A stretch of DNA of 62,615 nt, the filler included, from Hausera hauseri (Eukaryota), in assembly GCA_046269625.1 (NCBI GenBank). It is 12 parts of 12 records of this genome, joined end to end, with 100 filler letters (N's around TTAATTAATTAA, not from the genome) between each part and the next. Parts side by side here need not be neighbours in the genome. Positions count along the whole stretch, not along the records: positions 37,107 to 42,617 come from JBJURY010238739.1; positions 42,718 to 48,402 come from JBJURY010206967.1; 10 more parts are not named here. One strand, written 5' to 3'. The translations under genes and the position numbers were made by a program. Within the stretch, counting starts at the first letter, position 1, and each line of letters begins with the position of its first letter. Shown piece after piece: positions 37,007 to 48,186 of this stretch. The notes under the pieces are model-generated. The model was given only the letters and a program-made list of their open reading frames with translations, was not told the DNA's origin and searched no databases.

Positions 37007-37376
37007 NNNNNNNNNNNNNNNNNNNNNNNNNNNNNNNNNNNNNNNNNNNNTTAATTAATTAANNNNNNNNNNNNNNNNNNNNNNNNNNNNNNNNNNNNNN
37101 NNNNNNTACCGGTCGTAGCTAGCTGTTTTCTAGCAAAACATGATGCGCAATGGAAAAAAAATGTTTAAAGAAAGAAATGAAAAGAATTCGCTATATAGCA
37201 ATATAAATGACAAGAACGATGATAATGATGATTTCGAAATTAAGCCAAAAAGCAGTAAATATATAGAGATGGAGAAATCTCTCATTAAAACCACGAAAGC
37301 GGAAATACATGTCGAGGTTGATAACAGACTTACCACAATTAAACGATGAATATCATGGACAAGCTACAACGGACAA

Positions 37377-40300
37377 ATGATAACGAATCCATCAGCTCCT
37401 CAATATTCAAAGCGTGAGGAAATGTACCCCATGTATCAAGTCCTACAAATAAAACGAAATTATGATGAAAATCTCATACCAAGCCACCATGAATCAAACT
37501 GTAAAACGACGGACAAGAATGAGTCACAATCGCCTGTGAAACCAGAAATAAATATAGAAGTAAACGTATACCCATTAACGGCTTTGCTGGATACTGGATC
37601 TACAACCACTATCATGAGAGATGACCAGTTACCTAAAGAACTGAGAAGAAAGTTAAGAAAACCAAACACAACGCTAGTTAACGTGGGAGCATTTGGTATG
37701 GAAGAAGAAATAAAAACGGTACTAGACGCAAAAGTTAAGATTGGCAACCAAATACTAAACCACACAATTAGAGTAGCCAAGAATTTGACCAACGATATAT
37801 TAATCGGATGTGACATATTAAATCAGCTAGAGAATGCTTATATTGATTTAAAGACAGGTCAATTAAAAACCTTTAATAAGGAACAGCATGAAGGGTCAGT
37901 TTCTCTGGTACAGGACGTGATAATTCCACCACAATCCGAAATAATAGTACCTGGCCAAATAGAAAGCAAATTACTCGCCACATATATACACTTTGAACCG
38001 TTTTTAAGAACAATGGAGAAGTACGATATTATTATTGCTCCGCATGTAGATAAAGTGAGAAATGGAAAGATTCACTTACGAATTTGCAACGCTGGAAATA
38101 ATGAAAAATGACTAAAGGGAAATACAAGGTTGGGAAAAGTAACAGAGATCGAAGAAATACAAAAAGAAAAAATTAATTCAGTTATATCAGACGTAGATGA
38201 GATAGAAGAGTTGATGAAGAAGAAATTGAAGAAGGAAGCAAAGGAAGGCAGGAGAAATAAAGAAATGACAAGAATTAATTGGGAAGAAAAGTTGGGGGAC
38301 TGCGAAATATTAACCAAGGATGAGAGAAGAATGTTAATTCAATTATTAAAAAAGAACAACGAAAGATTTGCCCAAAATGATTATGATCTAGGTACGATGA
38401 AGGTAATACAACATTCCATCAAATTAAAAGAAGGACAGGAGAAACCAATAAAGAAACGACCATATCGCCTAGCTTATTATAAAAAGCAGGAAGCTCAGAA
38501 AATCATAGAGGAAATGAGAAAAAACAAGATAATACGACCAAGTTGCTCACCATGGACAGCGCCTGTAGTGATGGTTAAAAAGAAAGACGGAGCCATGAGA
38601 TTCTGCATAGATTATAGAGCTTTAAATGAAATAACCGAAACCGACACTTATCCGCTACCTAGAATCGACGAAATACTAGACAAATTACACGGATCAACGA
38701 TATTTACCACTATTGATTTACAAAAAGGGTATTGGCAAGTAGAAGTAAAGGAGGAAGATAAACCTAAGACAGCCTTTTCAATAGGCGAAGGACTATGGGA
38801 ATTTAATAGAATGCCGTTCGGATTAAAGAATGGACCACCAACGTTTCAAAGAGGAACTGAATTACTACTGCTGGACGCACCACATGCCATGGTCTATATT
38901 GATGATGTTATAATAGCATCATCAGACTTCCAACAGCATTTAAAGGACCTGCAAGACCTCTTTGATAGATGCGAAATAATGAGCCTAAAAATAAACCCAA
39001 AGAAGTGCTAATTCGCCCGGGCAGAGGTCGATTTCCTCGGACACCGAGTCGATAGGCACGACGTGAAACCGCAAGATAGGCTTTTAGGGAAGATAAAAGA
39101 TTTTCCCAAACCAACTACAGTGAATGAACTACGCCGATTCCTGGGCTTAGCGAATTATTATCGAAGATTTATAAAAGATTTTAGCAAAATAGCCAAACCC
39201 TTATATGAATTACTACGCGAAGATTTAGAAAAAGTAGTATGGACAAGTGACTGCCAGAGAACTTTCGAGGAATTAAAAGAAAGATGGCTAAATACTCCAA
39301 TCTTAATCTACACAGACATGACAAAGCCGTTTATATATTGGCAACGGACGCAAGTGACTATGGAGTAGGAGCAGTCCTTTCCCAAAAAGGCGAAGATGGG
39401 AAAGAACACCCAGTAGCTTATGCTTCTAGAAAGTTAAATAAACATCAAAGGAATTATGCAGTTATTGAAAAGGAACTACTAGCCGTAATATTTGCACTAG
39501 AAGTGTTCTCACCATATATCAGTGAGAATAAGCCATTATCGATATACACAGATCACCGACCCCTACAATGGCTGAAGCAACACGAAAACCCAAATAGTCG
39601 ATTATTACGATGGGCTCTCAAATTACAGCCCTATACGTTAAATTTTCAATATAAACCAGGAACACGGAATGCAAATGCAGACTATTTATCAAGAATGCTT
39701 GAAACACCGAAGATAAAAGAAGTGGTCGCTGCAGTATGGAGCATGGATGGATCCGTAGAGAAAATAAAACAGAATCAACAAGAAGACACAGAGATAAAGG
39801 CAATTAGAAATTATATACAAAACAAAATATTACCATCAAATCGAGAATTAGCTAGACATTTGGCCCGATTCAGTGAGGCCTACGAAGAAAAGGATGGATT
39901 TTTATATTATATCCACCAAAATGGACCAACCTTGGTAATACCAGAGAAGAACAGAACAGTGTTATTGACACAATACCATGACGGATTATTAGGAGGTCAC
40001 CAATCAGCACGAAAAACGACAGCCAAATTAAAAAGGAAGTATTTTTGGCCCACCTTAGTGAAGGACGTACAAGAATGGTGTGATAGCTGTAAACTCTGCG
40101 CTACGCGTAGGAACACCGGATCAAAATTCAAAGCTCCCCTCAAAGTATGGGATAATCCGCCAGCCCCGTTTGAGTTCACAGCTATGGATGTAACAGGACC
40201 TTTACCACTAACCCGAAACGGAAATAGATATATTCTAGTTTTCATAGATTACTTCACTCGATGGGTAGTAGCACTGCCTATGGCAGATATGAAAGCGGAC

Positions 40301-41089
40301 ACAATAGCCGAAAAATTTGTAGAAAATATAGTATTTAATTACGGAGCCCCAAGAATTCTATTAACAGATCAAGCGTCTAACCTTACTGGTAATGTAATGC
40401 AGGCGATATACGATATTATGCGAATTTTGAAACTACGTTCAACACCAGGACACCCGAAAAACAACGGAATGCTTGAAAAATACATTGGTGATTTAAAAAG
40501 TAAATTGCAAACGGTTGTTAGCTCACGACAGGACGATTGGGATGAATATATCAACGCCTGTGTATTCGTAAATCGAACATCTGTACATGAAGCCACCAAG
40601 GAAACGCCGTTTTATTTAATGTATCTAAGAGATACCCGACTACCTATTGATTTGGATTTCAACGCAAAGCCCACATCTCATTTGATGGAGTTGGAAGAAT
40701 ACAAATTGTTAATGCAGGAACGTTTACAATTAGCATATAAAATAGTGAAGGATAATCAAAAAGACTATAAAGTCACCTATAAAAAGTATTATGACGAAAA
40801 AACGAAACAACCTAAGATCAAGGTCGGAGATAAGATGATGTTGCATACGCCACTAAACAAGAAAGGAAAGACATCCAAATTGGATAGACCGTATAAAGGC
40901 CCATACGAAGTAGAAAAAGTGGACCTACCAAATCTCTGTCTAAAGAAGAATAACACCACATTCAAAGTACATGTAAATAGATGTAAACCAGCAGCCAAAG
41001 AAAGCAAGCTTAGACAAGATGAACAGGATATAGTAAGAAGTATCGAGGATAAATCAATTGTAAATCATAAATCCTACGAACCAAAGAGA
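37377..41089 (+). pseudogene. pol: Gypsy pol of element B
   Basis: LLDTGS; FCIDYRALN, IDLQKGYWQ, MPFGLKN, YIDD; TDASDYGVGAVL, EKELLA, TDHRPL; HHCC finger; D-D-E in AMDVTG, LTDQ, GMLE; GPYEV. Confidence 0.96.
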
Positions 41090-42499
41090 CATCTCTTACT
41101 AGTAATACTAATGTTACTGCCACAAGTGTTGAGTCAACTAACTAATCAGGAAATCGAACGAGCTAAAATACGACATGCAATGGCCATAAACGAAGATTTG
41201 ATGCTGAAAAGTTTGAAGTATCACATAACCTATTCTATGAAAGGCCAGAAATGTGCCATTTGGTACATTACAAGACAAATGCCCAGCAAATATATGATAG
41301 GAATACAAATGATCCCGTGGAACGACTATAAAAGGGATCCTAATGATCGACAGTACGACTGTACACTTTATCCAGCAACAAATGAAACCCAATGTTTGTT
41401 AGAAAATTCAGGGATTAACACGGTATACCTTACACTCATAAAAAGAAAAGGAGACTATTATCATAGTCTATATACCAAATTTAGCAAATACATTCAAATC
41501 CCCAGTCGATTGCAAATGAACGAAACTCTATTGGACGAAATCATACTCAAGCAATTAAGGATAAGATCGATGGGATTCAAAAGTGGACGTAGTTGCATTG
41601 AAGTTGTAAGTATAATAGAACTCGAATACATCCGATGGATAACAATATATATAAAAGAATCAGGAGGCAAACAAAAACTATTAAAGTGCGAAATAACATA
41701 TGAGCAACAGCAAGTATGTTGCAATGTAACGAGAGGTAAAATATACGATACAAAATATGTTTTATCTCGAAAGGAACATGGAAAATTTAAAAATAGAATG
41801 CAGATAAAAGGACCAACCATGTATATTAGATATAAAAACAAAATAGAGTATAATGAGAAGATTGAAGTTGTCACAAAACCATCTGAGGTTACGGGGCCGG
41901 CTGTGCATTTCCCGTTGAGTAATGACAAGAGAGACATGACTATTTTGATCAAACCATATGCATCATACTACCGACAAAAACGCTCCATATGGGAAAATGT
42001 TACAATTACAACTACCCCGACAGCACTAATACTGGCAGTAAAACCAGATCTTGATTTCATAAAAGTAAAATTTACATGTAAGTTGCGAGATAAGGTAGTA
42101 GCAAAGGGAGACATAACCCCTGACGATTTAATAGCGCCATGTGCGGCCTTGGCACCCAATACTCAATATACGGTTATTCTCCAGTTAGTCGATAATAACC
42201 ATAAAGTAATATTAACGAAAATCTTAACGGCTATCACACGAAAGGAAATAAGAACTCCAAAGTTACACGACCAAGTCATCAACAAATATACCACCACTCA
42301 AAGGCCGCCACGTGCCACATATAAATACTCTCGAATAGAATTGATAATAGTAGGTGTTTGTGCCCCCATAGTATTACTATTAATTACCTTAGTTTTAATA
42401 AAAGTAACTCTTTATGTACGACGACGTCGCAGACAGACATGGACAAGAATAGACCTGCGACGTATACCGAACACCTTGAAAACCGATAATCCAAGCTGA
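41090..42499 (+). CDS. Type I membrane protein fused in frame to the integrase C-terminus (about 470 aa)
   Basis: Signal-like HLLLVILMLLPQVLSQ; Cys-patterned repeats; furin-type RQKR/S (41972); FN3-like CAALAPNTQYTVIL; T/P-rich stalk; TM IELIIVGVCAPIVLLLITLVLIKVTLYV followed by RRRRR; several NxT sequons. Confidence 0.85.
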   Translation, partial: HLLLVILMLLPQVLSQLTNQEIERAKIRHAMAINEDLMLKSLKYHITYSMKGQKCAIWYITRQMPSKYMIGIQMIPWNDYKRDPNDRQYDCTLYPATNETQCLLENSGINTVYLTLIKRKGDYYHSLYTKFSKYIQIPSRLQMNETLLDEIILKQLRIRSMGFKSGRSCIEVVSIIELEYIRWITIYIKESGGKQKLLKCEITYEQQQVCCNVTRGKIYDTKYVLSRKEHGKFKNRMQIKGPTMYIRYKNKIEYNEKIEVVTKPSEVTGPAVHFPLSNDKRDMTILIKPYASYYRQKRSIWENVTITTTPTALILAVKPDLDFIKVKFTCKLRDKVVAKGDITPDDLIAPCAALAPNTQYTVILQLVDNNHKVILTKILTAITRKEIRTPKLHDQVINKYTTTQRPPRATYKYSRIELIIVGVCAPIVLLLITLVLIKVTLYVRRRRRQTWTRIDLRRIPNTLKTDNPS

Positions 42500-42717
42500 C
42501 GGTGGATGATAAGGATTGTGATCGACACAATCCACGCAAGAGAGATAGCTAAATGTCATGTAGCTACCCTTTTAGCAATCAAAAATAAAATTACAATGAT
42601 TACCGAAAATAATTATTNNNNNNNNNNNNNNNNNNNNNNNNNNNNNNNNNNNNNNNNNNNNTTAATTAATTAANNNNNNNNNNNNNNNNNNNNNNNNNNN
42701 NNNNNNNNNNNNNNNNN

Positions 42718-42793
<76 letters not shown>

Positions 42794-42810
42794 ATGATGA
42801 TGATAGTGAT
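42718..42810. repeat. (TGA)n microsatellite
   Basis: About 25 perfect units at the contig edge. Confidence 0.95.
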
Positions 42811-42825
42811 GACGCAGTATGTGTA

Positions 42826-43888
42826 TTATCGACGACTATGACGAAAATGATGCATCAGATGTGTGTTGGCTCCAAACAGAAATTTAATGAGTTTATAAAA
42901 TTTGTTTTCTATATACACCGAAATACTGTGTACACCATTGTGAGACAACGATAAATGCATGGGCCGGATGATATTTACGTGAGCAGTTTCGTCCAGTGTT
43001 TTGAACATGTCGGAATCCAGTCTAATACAAGCCAATAGTTGTTTACGGTCTCCGCCAACATATACGGGTTTGGTTAGATCAGTTAAAATATTGGTTCGAT
43101 GAAATACTTTGTAGAGACGTGATTTGTGTTTAGAAAGAATGGGCCGTCCGCCACCGGTTTGACCGAATACTCGTTTCTTAAAACTCAGATTCCGTGCCAA
43201 TAGTTCATCAAAGGCAAAATATGTAACATTATTATGTACTGTAAACGAAATACGACCATCAGAGTTTAATTCTAATGTCTTGAGAACCAATTTAGCTACT
43301 GCCTTGATGGTTGCGCAAAGTTCTGTATTCGTTTCCGTACAAAAACCAGTTTCTGTTGTATGAGAGTAAAAGAATGATTCAGTCTTACCATTTCACTGTA
43401 ATTTCGGTGGTGTTCATGGAAAAGTTCAATTTTTCACTAACTCTACTATGTTTACCGAGCTGTAGACCTTTCTAACGCATGCTGACAGATTGAAAACCCA
43501 ATGTCTGATCGTCGACTAGTGATTTAAATTGCAATTCAATCGGATGTTTGTGTTTTAGCACCAATCGATTGTTTAAATAAAAAATATAAACCGGCAAATA
43601 TTGCTGATTGTAATTGCGAACGTGAAATGTTTCATTAGAATCTCGGATTAACTGTTAACGACTATATGCAGTAGATTTTCTTGCTAGAATATAGTATATT
43701 CCACTGTTCTCACATATTCTTATTGGTGAAAATGTAAATGCGAATTCCGCCAAAGCCATTTCCCATGCTCCCTGCCGCAAATCGACCGGTTGGTCCAAGT
43801 GTATGGTAACCTGTTTAGCTGTATTGTCATTGTCATCATGTTGTGATAATGATCTGTTACTATCAAGTACCGAATAAATGCTCATCAC
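42826..43888 (-). pseudogene. Polinton minor capsid protein (penton)
   Basis: N-terminal YSVLDSNRS..DNT...IHLDQPVDL.QGAWEMALAEF; C-terminal TDL.KPVYVGG...LL..I...P....SISVYI......IKF...HF. Confidence 0.8.
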
Positions 43889-44900
43889 TCAATCTGCGAT
43901 GCAAATATACAACTGGGTGTATTGTATCCGTGCCACTTGACGAGATATTGTTTATTCGAAACTTTGCCACGGAAACATAGAATTTTCTGAATACGATATA
44001 TATAAGGTTTTTTGGATAGTACCTGCAGTTCCTGTTCGTAAAATTTGCCACGTATTTCGTCACCATTTTCCTCTTTTAAACGCACATAACAGGTGTTTGT
44101 TTTGTGTTGATCGCTGAAATTCGGAAAACCACATCGCTCCAGTTCTGACTGAAATTCTTAATAAATGGCGTCGTACTCAGCTTTGAAATACGTGCATAAT
44201 TACCGATTTTATACTTGGAACGTTTAATTGGTCGTCGTAGTCGTCGCTGTGTTCGGTTTTGATAAAGCCACATGTCCAAATCATCGATTACGTCCGCCGG
44301 CCGTAATCTATTGATGCCACGATGTGTCGAATGATTGTATGTATGAATAATATCCGGTAGTACATCTACCCAGAGTTTATTCCCCTGTTTGGTATGAGTA
44401 ATTGAGTATGCCGCGTAAGGTTCGATTAAATCGTTCAACAAGTGCAGCCTTGTATTGCGAAAACACCGAGTAGTGGTTTATACCGATCAGCCTCAAAACC
44501 AGTATGACACGGGTGTTGTAAAATTCTTTAGACAAATCCGTTCGTACATGTTTCGGTGGTTGTTATTCAATTAATATGTGAATAGCATCGGCAATCTCTT
44601 TACCGGATTTGAATTTGGCAGCAATTTTACGTGCAAAATGACTAAACACATCAATAAATGTCAGCACATACCGATACCCATCGTTGATACTGGCGTACGG
44701 AATCATTTGCATCAGATCCATTTGCCATACATTACTTACATCTGCAGCACGGTATGAATGAGTTAGAAACCGCCTTCTTATCGGTTTGTTTAGGCCGTAT
44801 GCTAACTGTTTCCCCAGACAACGTTGGGTTTGTCGCCAATTATGTTTGACAGTCTACGCCAGTATACCCGTTGGGATGACGCGGGTGGAACCGCACGTCG
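43885..44900 (-). pseudogene. Polinton retroviral-type integrase with C-terminal chromodomain
   Basis: WQMDL, YRYVLTFIDVFS, RTD..KEFYN, YNHSTHRGI, NWSDVVFRI, GKFYEQELQ, YLVKWHGY. Confidence 0.9.
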
Positions 44901-45049
44901 CCCATCGTTGCCGTCGATGGTGTCGGTTTTGCTGGCATGACAACAATTAGAACGAAACGTAAATGAAAGATTCGATAAACTGGGACAGAAAGATGAAAAC
45001 CATGCACCCATATTGCCGAATCATCATATACTTACCGTCAGTGTTTGTA

Positions 45050-45373
45050 TTAAACTGTTCCACCAATGAGTCCACCCAGTAATGACGTGACAACCGATAG
45101 AATTGCACCAAGAAATCCGCCGTCGTGCTGATACATGACCTCTCGTTTCAGTCGTTTACTACGAGCGTTGACAAGGCCAATGAGTCGTTTTCGATGCTTT
45201 AGAAAATTCCGCTTCCCACTACCAATGTCAACGTGACCCACAACGATATTGTACAAAATTTCCATCAAATAGTCTACTACAAATTGTGGGAATGATCGTA
45301 GCATGTTTCGCTTGTGTCTCGTAGATGCCTTGAGCAAAGCAATAAAGTACGGCTGACTACGTTTTAATCGCAT
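45050..45373 (-). CDS. Conserved small Polinton virion protein: basic, with GG/FL and an amphipathic tail
   Basis: EILYNI..G.V; C-terminal QHDGGFLGAILSVVTSLLGGL, between the ATPase and the integrase. Confidence 0.65.
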   Translation of the reverse strand: MRLKRSQPYFIALLKASTRHKRNMLRSFPQFVVDYLMEILYNIVVGHVDIGSGKRNFLKHRKRLIGLVNARSKRLKREVMYQHDGGFLGAILSVVTSLLGGLIGGTV

Positions 45374-45591
45374 TTTCTCGACGTATTGATGCTGATGAGA
45401 CGTAGTTGTTTATAACCGCTGCCACTGTGACTATAATTTGCGTCTAGCTGCGGCTTTTGTTGTTTGAAGCACAAAATTGATTAATCGCTTGACTGTAGCG
45501 GTTCGTTTTGACACAGGTTTCTTGCTGGACATCCGCTTGTTAGGTTTACGTTTAACAATCGTTTTTCGGAAATTCTTTATTTTTATTATAA

Positions 45592-46315
45592 TTATGTCGT
45601 CGATTTTCGAATTTGTTTATAAACATATACACCTTTCTCATTGAAAATATCTGTTCGTATACGCATATCATCGGGACACTTGCGTAAAGTTAATAAACAA
45701 GTATCCGTGTGACTCGATCGTAGCATCATGATATGCATTTATCTAGTAGGCCCGGTTGTGAGGAAATGCCTGTCGTGCAACGTAATCTATCGCGGTTTGA
45801 TCACGGGGATTTTTGAACAACACTAAATAGTGTACGTTGAGATTTCGTGTTCGGTGCTTGTCGCCCTGATGGAACATGTTTCGTATAATGAACATTACTG
45901 TTATGCCAAGGTTCCATGCAATCTTCGTGAACAGATTGTTGAAGTCCTATTGTTTCGTTGCCGCTTGAAATAAATCGTCAATGATAATAACGTCACTGTT
46001 GTGTAACCGTCCAGACCAGTTCTCATCAAACCCATCTATTACCGTTACGGATTTTAATTTACAGAATTCCCATCGTGTCAGGCCGGACTTTCCATCATCA
46101 CCACTGCCCTGATGCCAGTAAACGATATTGAACAGCGGCGATTGGTATATGTCACGGTAGTTCTGCATCAATTTGCAAACAAAGTGCGTTTTGTCACTTC
46201 CACTTGGGCCTACAATCTGGAAAATGGCATTATTCTGTAGCTTCGTCTTGTTGTTGATACATTTCTCATACATTTTGTTTATAATCACACATATAAATAG
46301 GCGCCGCATGAGCAT
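45592..46315 (-). pseudogene. Polinton FtsK/A32-like packaging ATPase
   Basis: Walker A GPSGSDKT (mutated), Walker B IIIDDL, NLNVHYLVLFKNPRD, GYLFI, RIRTDIF. Confidence 0.9.
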
Positions 46316-46337
46316 TGTTTCAATAAATTAATCAATC

Positions 46338-46830
46338 ATGATAGTCAATATTAACTACTGCGGATATGTTACCGAATGTATTAATGCACTGCCGTTTAAT
46401 CAATGGAAGCCGAGGCAAAATGTTCACAAATGTCCACCGGATATTACATGCATCATATTTCCATTGGGAAAGTGTCGCATTATGGGTTGTCGCAAACCAA
46501 TCACAAATGACAGACATCTACCATTCGGAATTATCGTTGACCAAATTCAATAAATAACGGTAACGATTCAGTTAGATTCCTCAAAACCAACACCATCAAT
46601 TAATCTGCACAAATTAGCAATGGCTACCGAATTTATTTATGATCCCGAACTGTTTCCTGCACTGCGACTAACACTATTCCGCCCTGTTTGTGTCAATATG
46701 TTCAGCAGTGGAAAAATTGTCGTATTGGGGATTCGGTCAATCAACTACGAGACGGCTATTAATCAAGTTAATCACCATATAAGTGTTTTACTGAATCAAA
46801 GTAATATACTCTGGCCAATTGACTATAAAT
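46338..46830 (+). pseudogene. TATA-binding-protein-like gene inside the Polinton
   Basis: Two TBP-type halves in one frame: VNINY...TCIIFPLGKCRIMG and INLHKL...YDPELFPAL....VNMFSSGKIVVLG. A single TAA at 46551. Confidence 0.8.
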
Positions 46831-47421
46831 ATTATTCTCATGTTCGTTCGGACATTAATACGATGAAAAGCGACGATAAAACGATTCTGCTCAAGGATGA
46901 CGAAGGTACAGATTTGTCATGGGTGTTTGGTGACAATAATGGCAATATTAACTGTCTTGAACCGAAACCTGTCCAACAATTAGTAAAACCGGTATTAAAA
47001 CGGCAATGGAGAATTATTAGTGGTAAACGCATGTCAGATGAAGATAGAGCGATAGTACTCAATGGTGATGGTAATGATCACGATAGTTCCAATTTATCAC
47101 GAGTGCTTGGTGGCAACAATTCTAATGTCAACTATTTGGAACCGAAAATAGAACCTGTCCAATAAATAGAAAAGGCTAAATTAAAACGTCAAGCGCGAAT
47201 GATTAATGGAATATAAAAACGAAAATTAACGTCCACGCATCAAATAACGACATTTTTACCGACGCAACGTTTCTGAAAGTATGAAATGCATTATCCTACA
47301 CGCACGTCCAGATATCGTTGAATGATCCGGTGTTGTTGACCACACCCAAGTACAGTTATCGTGTAAAGCAGCTATCGCGTGAAAATGTTGCGAACTTGGT
47401 GATGCTTTAAGTCAATTAAAC

Positions 47422-47637
47422 ATGGACTTAAAATTGAACGAAACAGCCTTACAACAGCAATATGCCGTTTTACCGGCCACAAAATCTAAACTGATTGATT
47501 TTATCGGTAGTGAAATGTCTAATGTGTTCGATGATTTAAAGTGTCGACTCAACATTGAATTGCAGGGATACAAAGAAAAGGACGGTATCAAAAGCCCAAT
47601 TTGGCGTTTATGCAAAGCACTTTTTGATTATCAATAA
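47422..47637 (+). pseudogene. C-terminal part of the unnamed GYK..SPIW family ORF
   Basis: LNIELQGYKEKDGIKSPIWRL versus LTLKLKGYKERSGVKSPIWKM at 53.8 kb. Confidence 0.6.
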
Positions 47638-47697
47638 ATGTTGTTATTGTTTTAATTTTTTTTCTTCTTCAACAATGAGTATAAATATACATGTGTA

Positions 47698-48186
47698 ATG
47701 GGCTTTTCATTAATAACAATAATAAATAATGTAAGGATTATTTTGACGGATGAAAATGCTACTGTATCGAGACGTGTTAAGGCAAGCAGTGCGAGCTGTG
47801 ATGTGTTTTCTAATGCTAATACGACAATTTTGGATAGCAAAATCAAATGCATGACGACTGGGATTCGATTGGAAATTCCACCCGGTTACTACGGCCAAAT
47901 TTTATCCAAAAGTGGACTGGTAAAGCTCGGACTGATTGTTGTGGGCGCTGAAATTGATTCAGACTTTCGTGGTGAAATTAAGGTGTTGCTGGAAAACCAA
48001 TCCGGGCTATTGTATAATATTGTGAAAGGCAGTGCAATCGCATAAATCGTTTTTCTTCGATGTGAAGAGGCAGAATTCAGTGTAATGTCACCGGAACAAT
48101 GGGGATTGTTTTGTGTCAATGAAGCAACACGAAATGAACGCAAAAAATTTGGCTTTGGGGATATGGACAAAACCACCTATGTTTAG
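47698..48186 (+). pseudogene. dut: Trimeric dUTPase carried by the Polinton
   Basis: SASCDV, TTGIRLEIPPGYYGQILSKSGL, IDSDFRGEIKVLL.N, IA*IVF (stop at the conserved Gln), C-terminal R..FG. Confidence 0.9.

Larger units (their letters stand above)
37107..42617 (+). mobile_element. Near-intact Ty3/Gypsy element B: linker-PR-RT-RH-IN-membrane protein
   Basis: ORFs 37140, 37377, 38130 and 39063 share one frame broken by 3 point stops. One frameshift near 39335 leads into the 1071-aa ORF. Confidence 0.93.

Noticed and set aside
8675-48045. Stop-codon reassignment (TAA/TAG at Gln positions, TGA at Arg positions)
   Set aside because: The PepT ORF and the 1071-aa ORF have no internal stops and use CAA/CAG. 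The stops co-occur with frameshifts and fit ordinary C>T decay.
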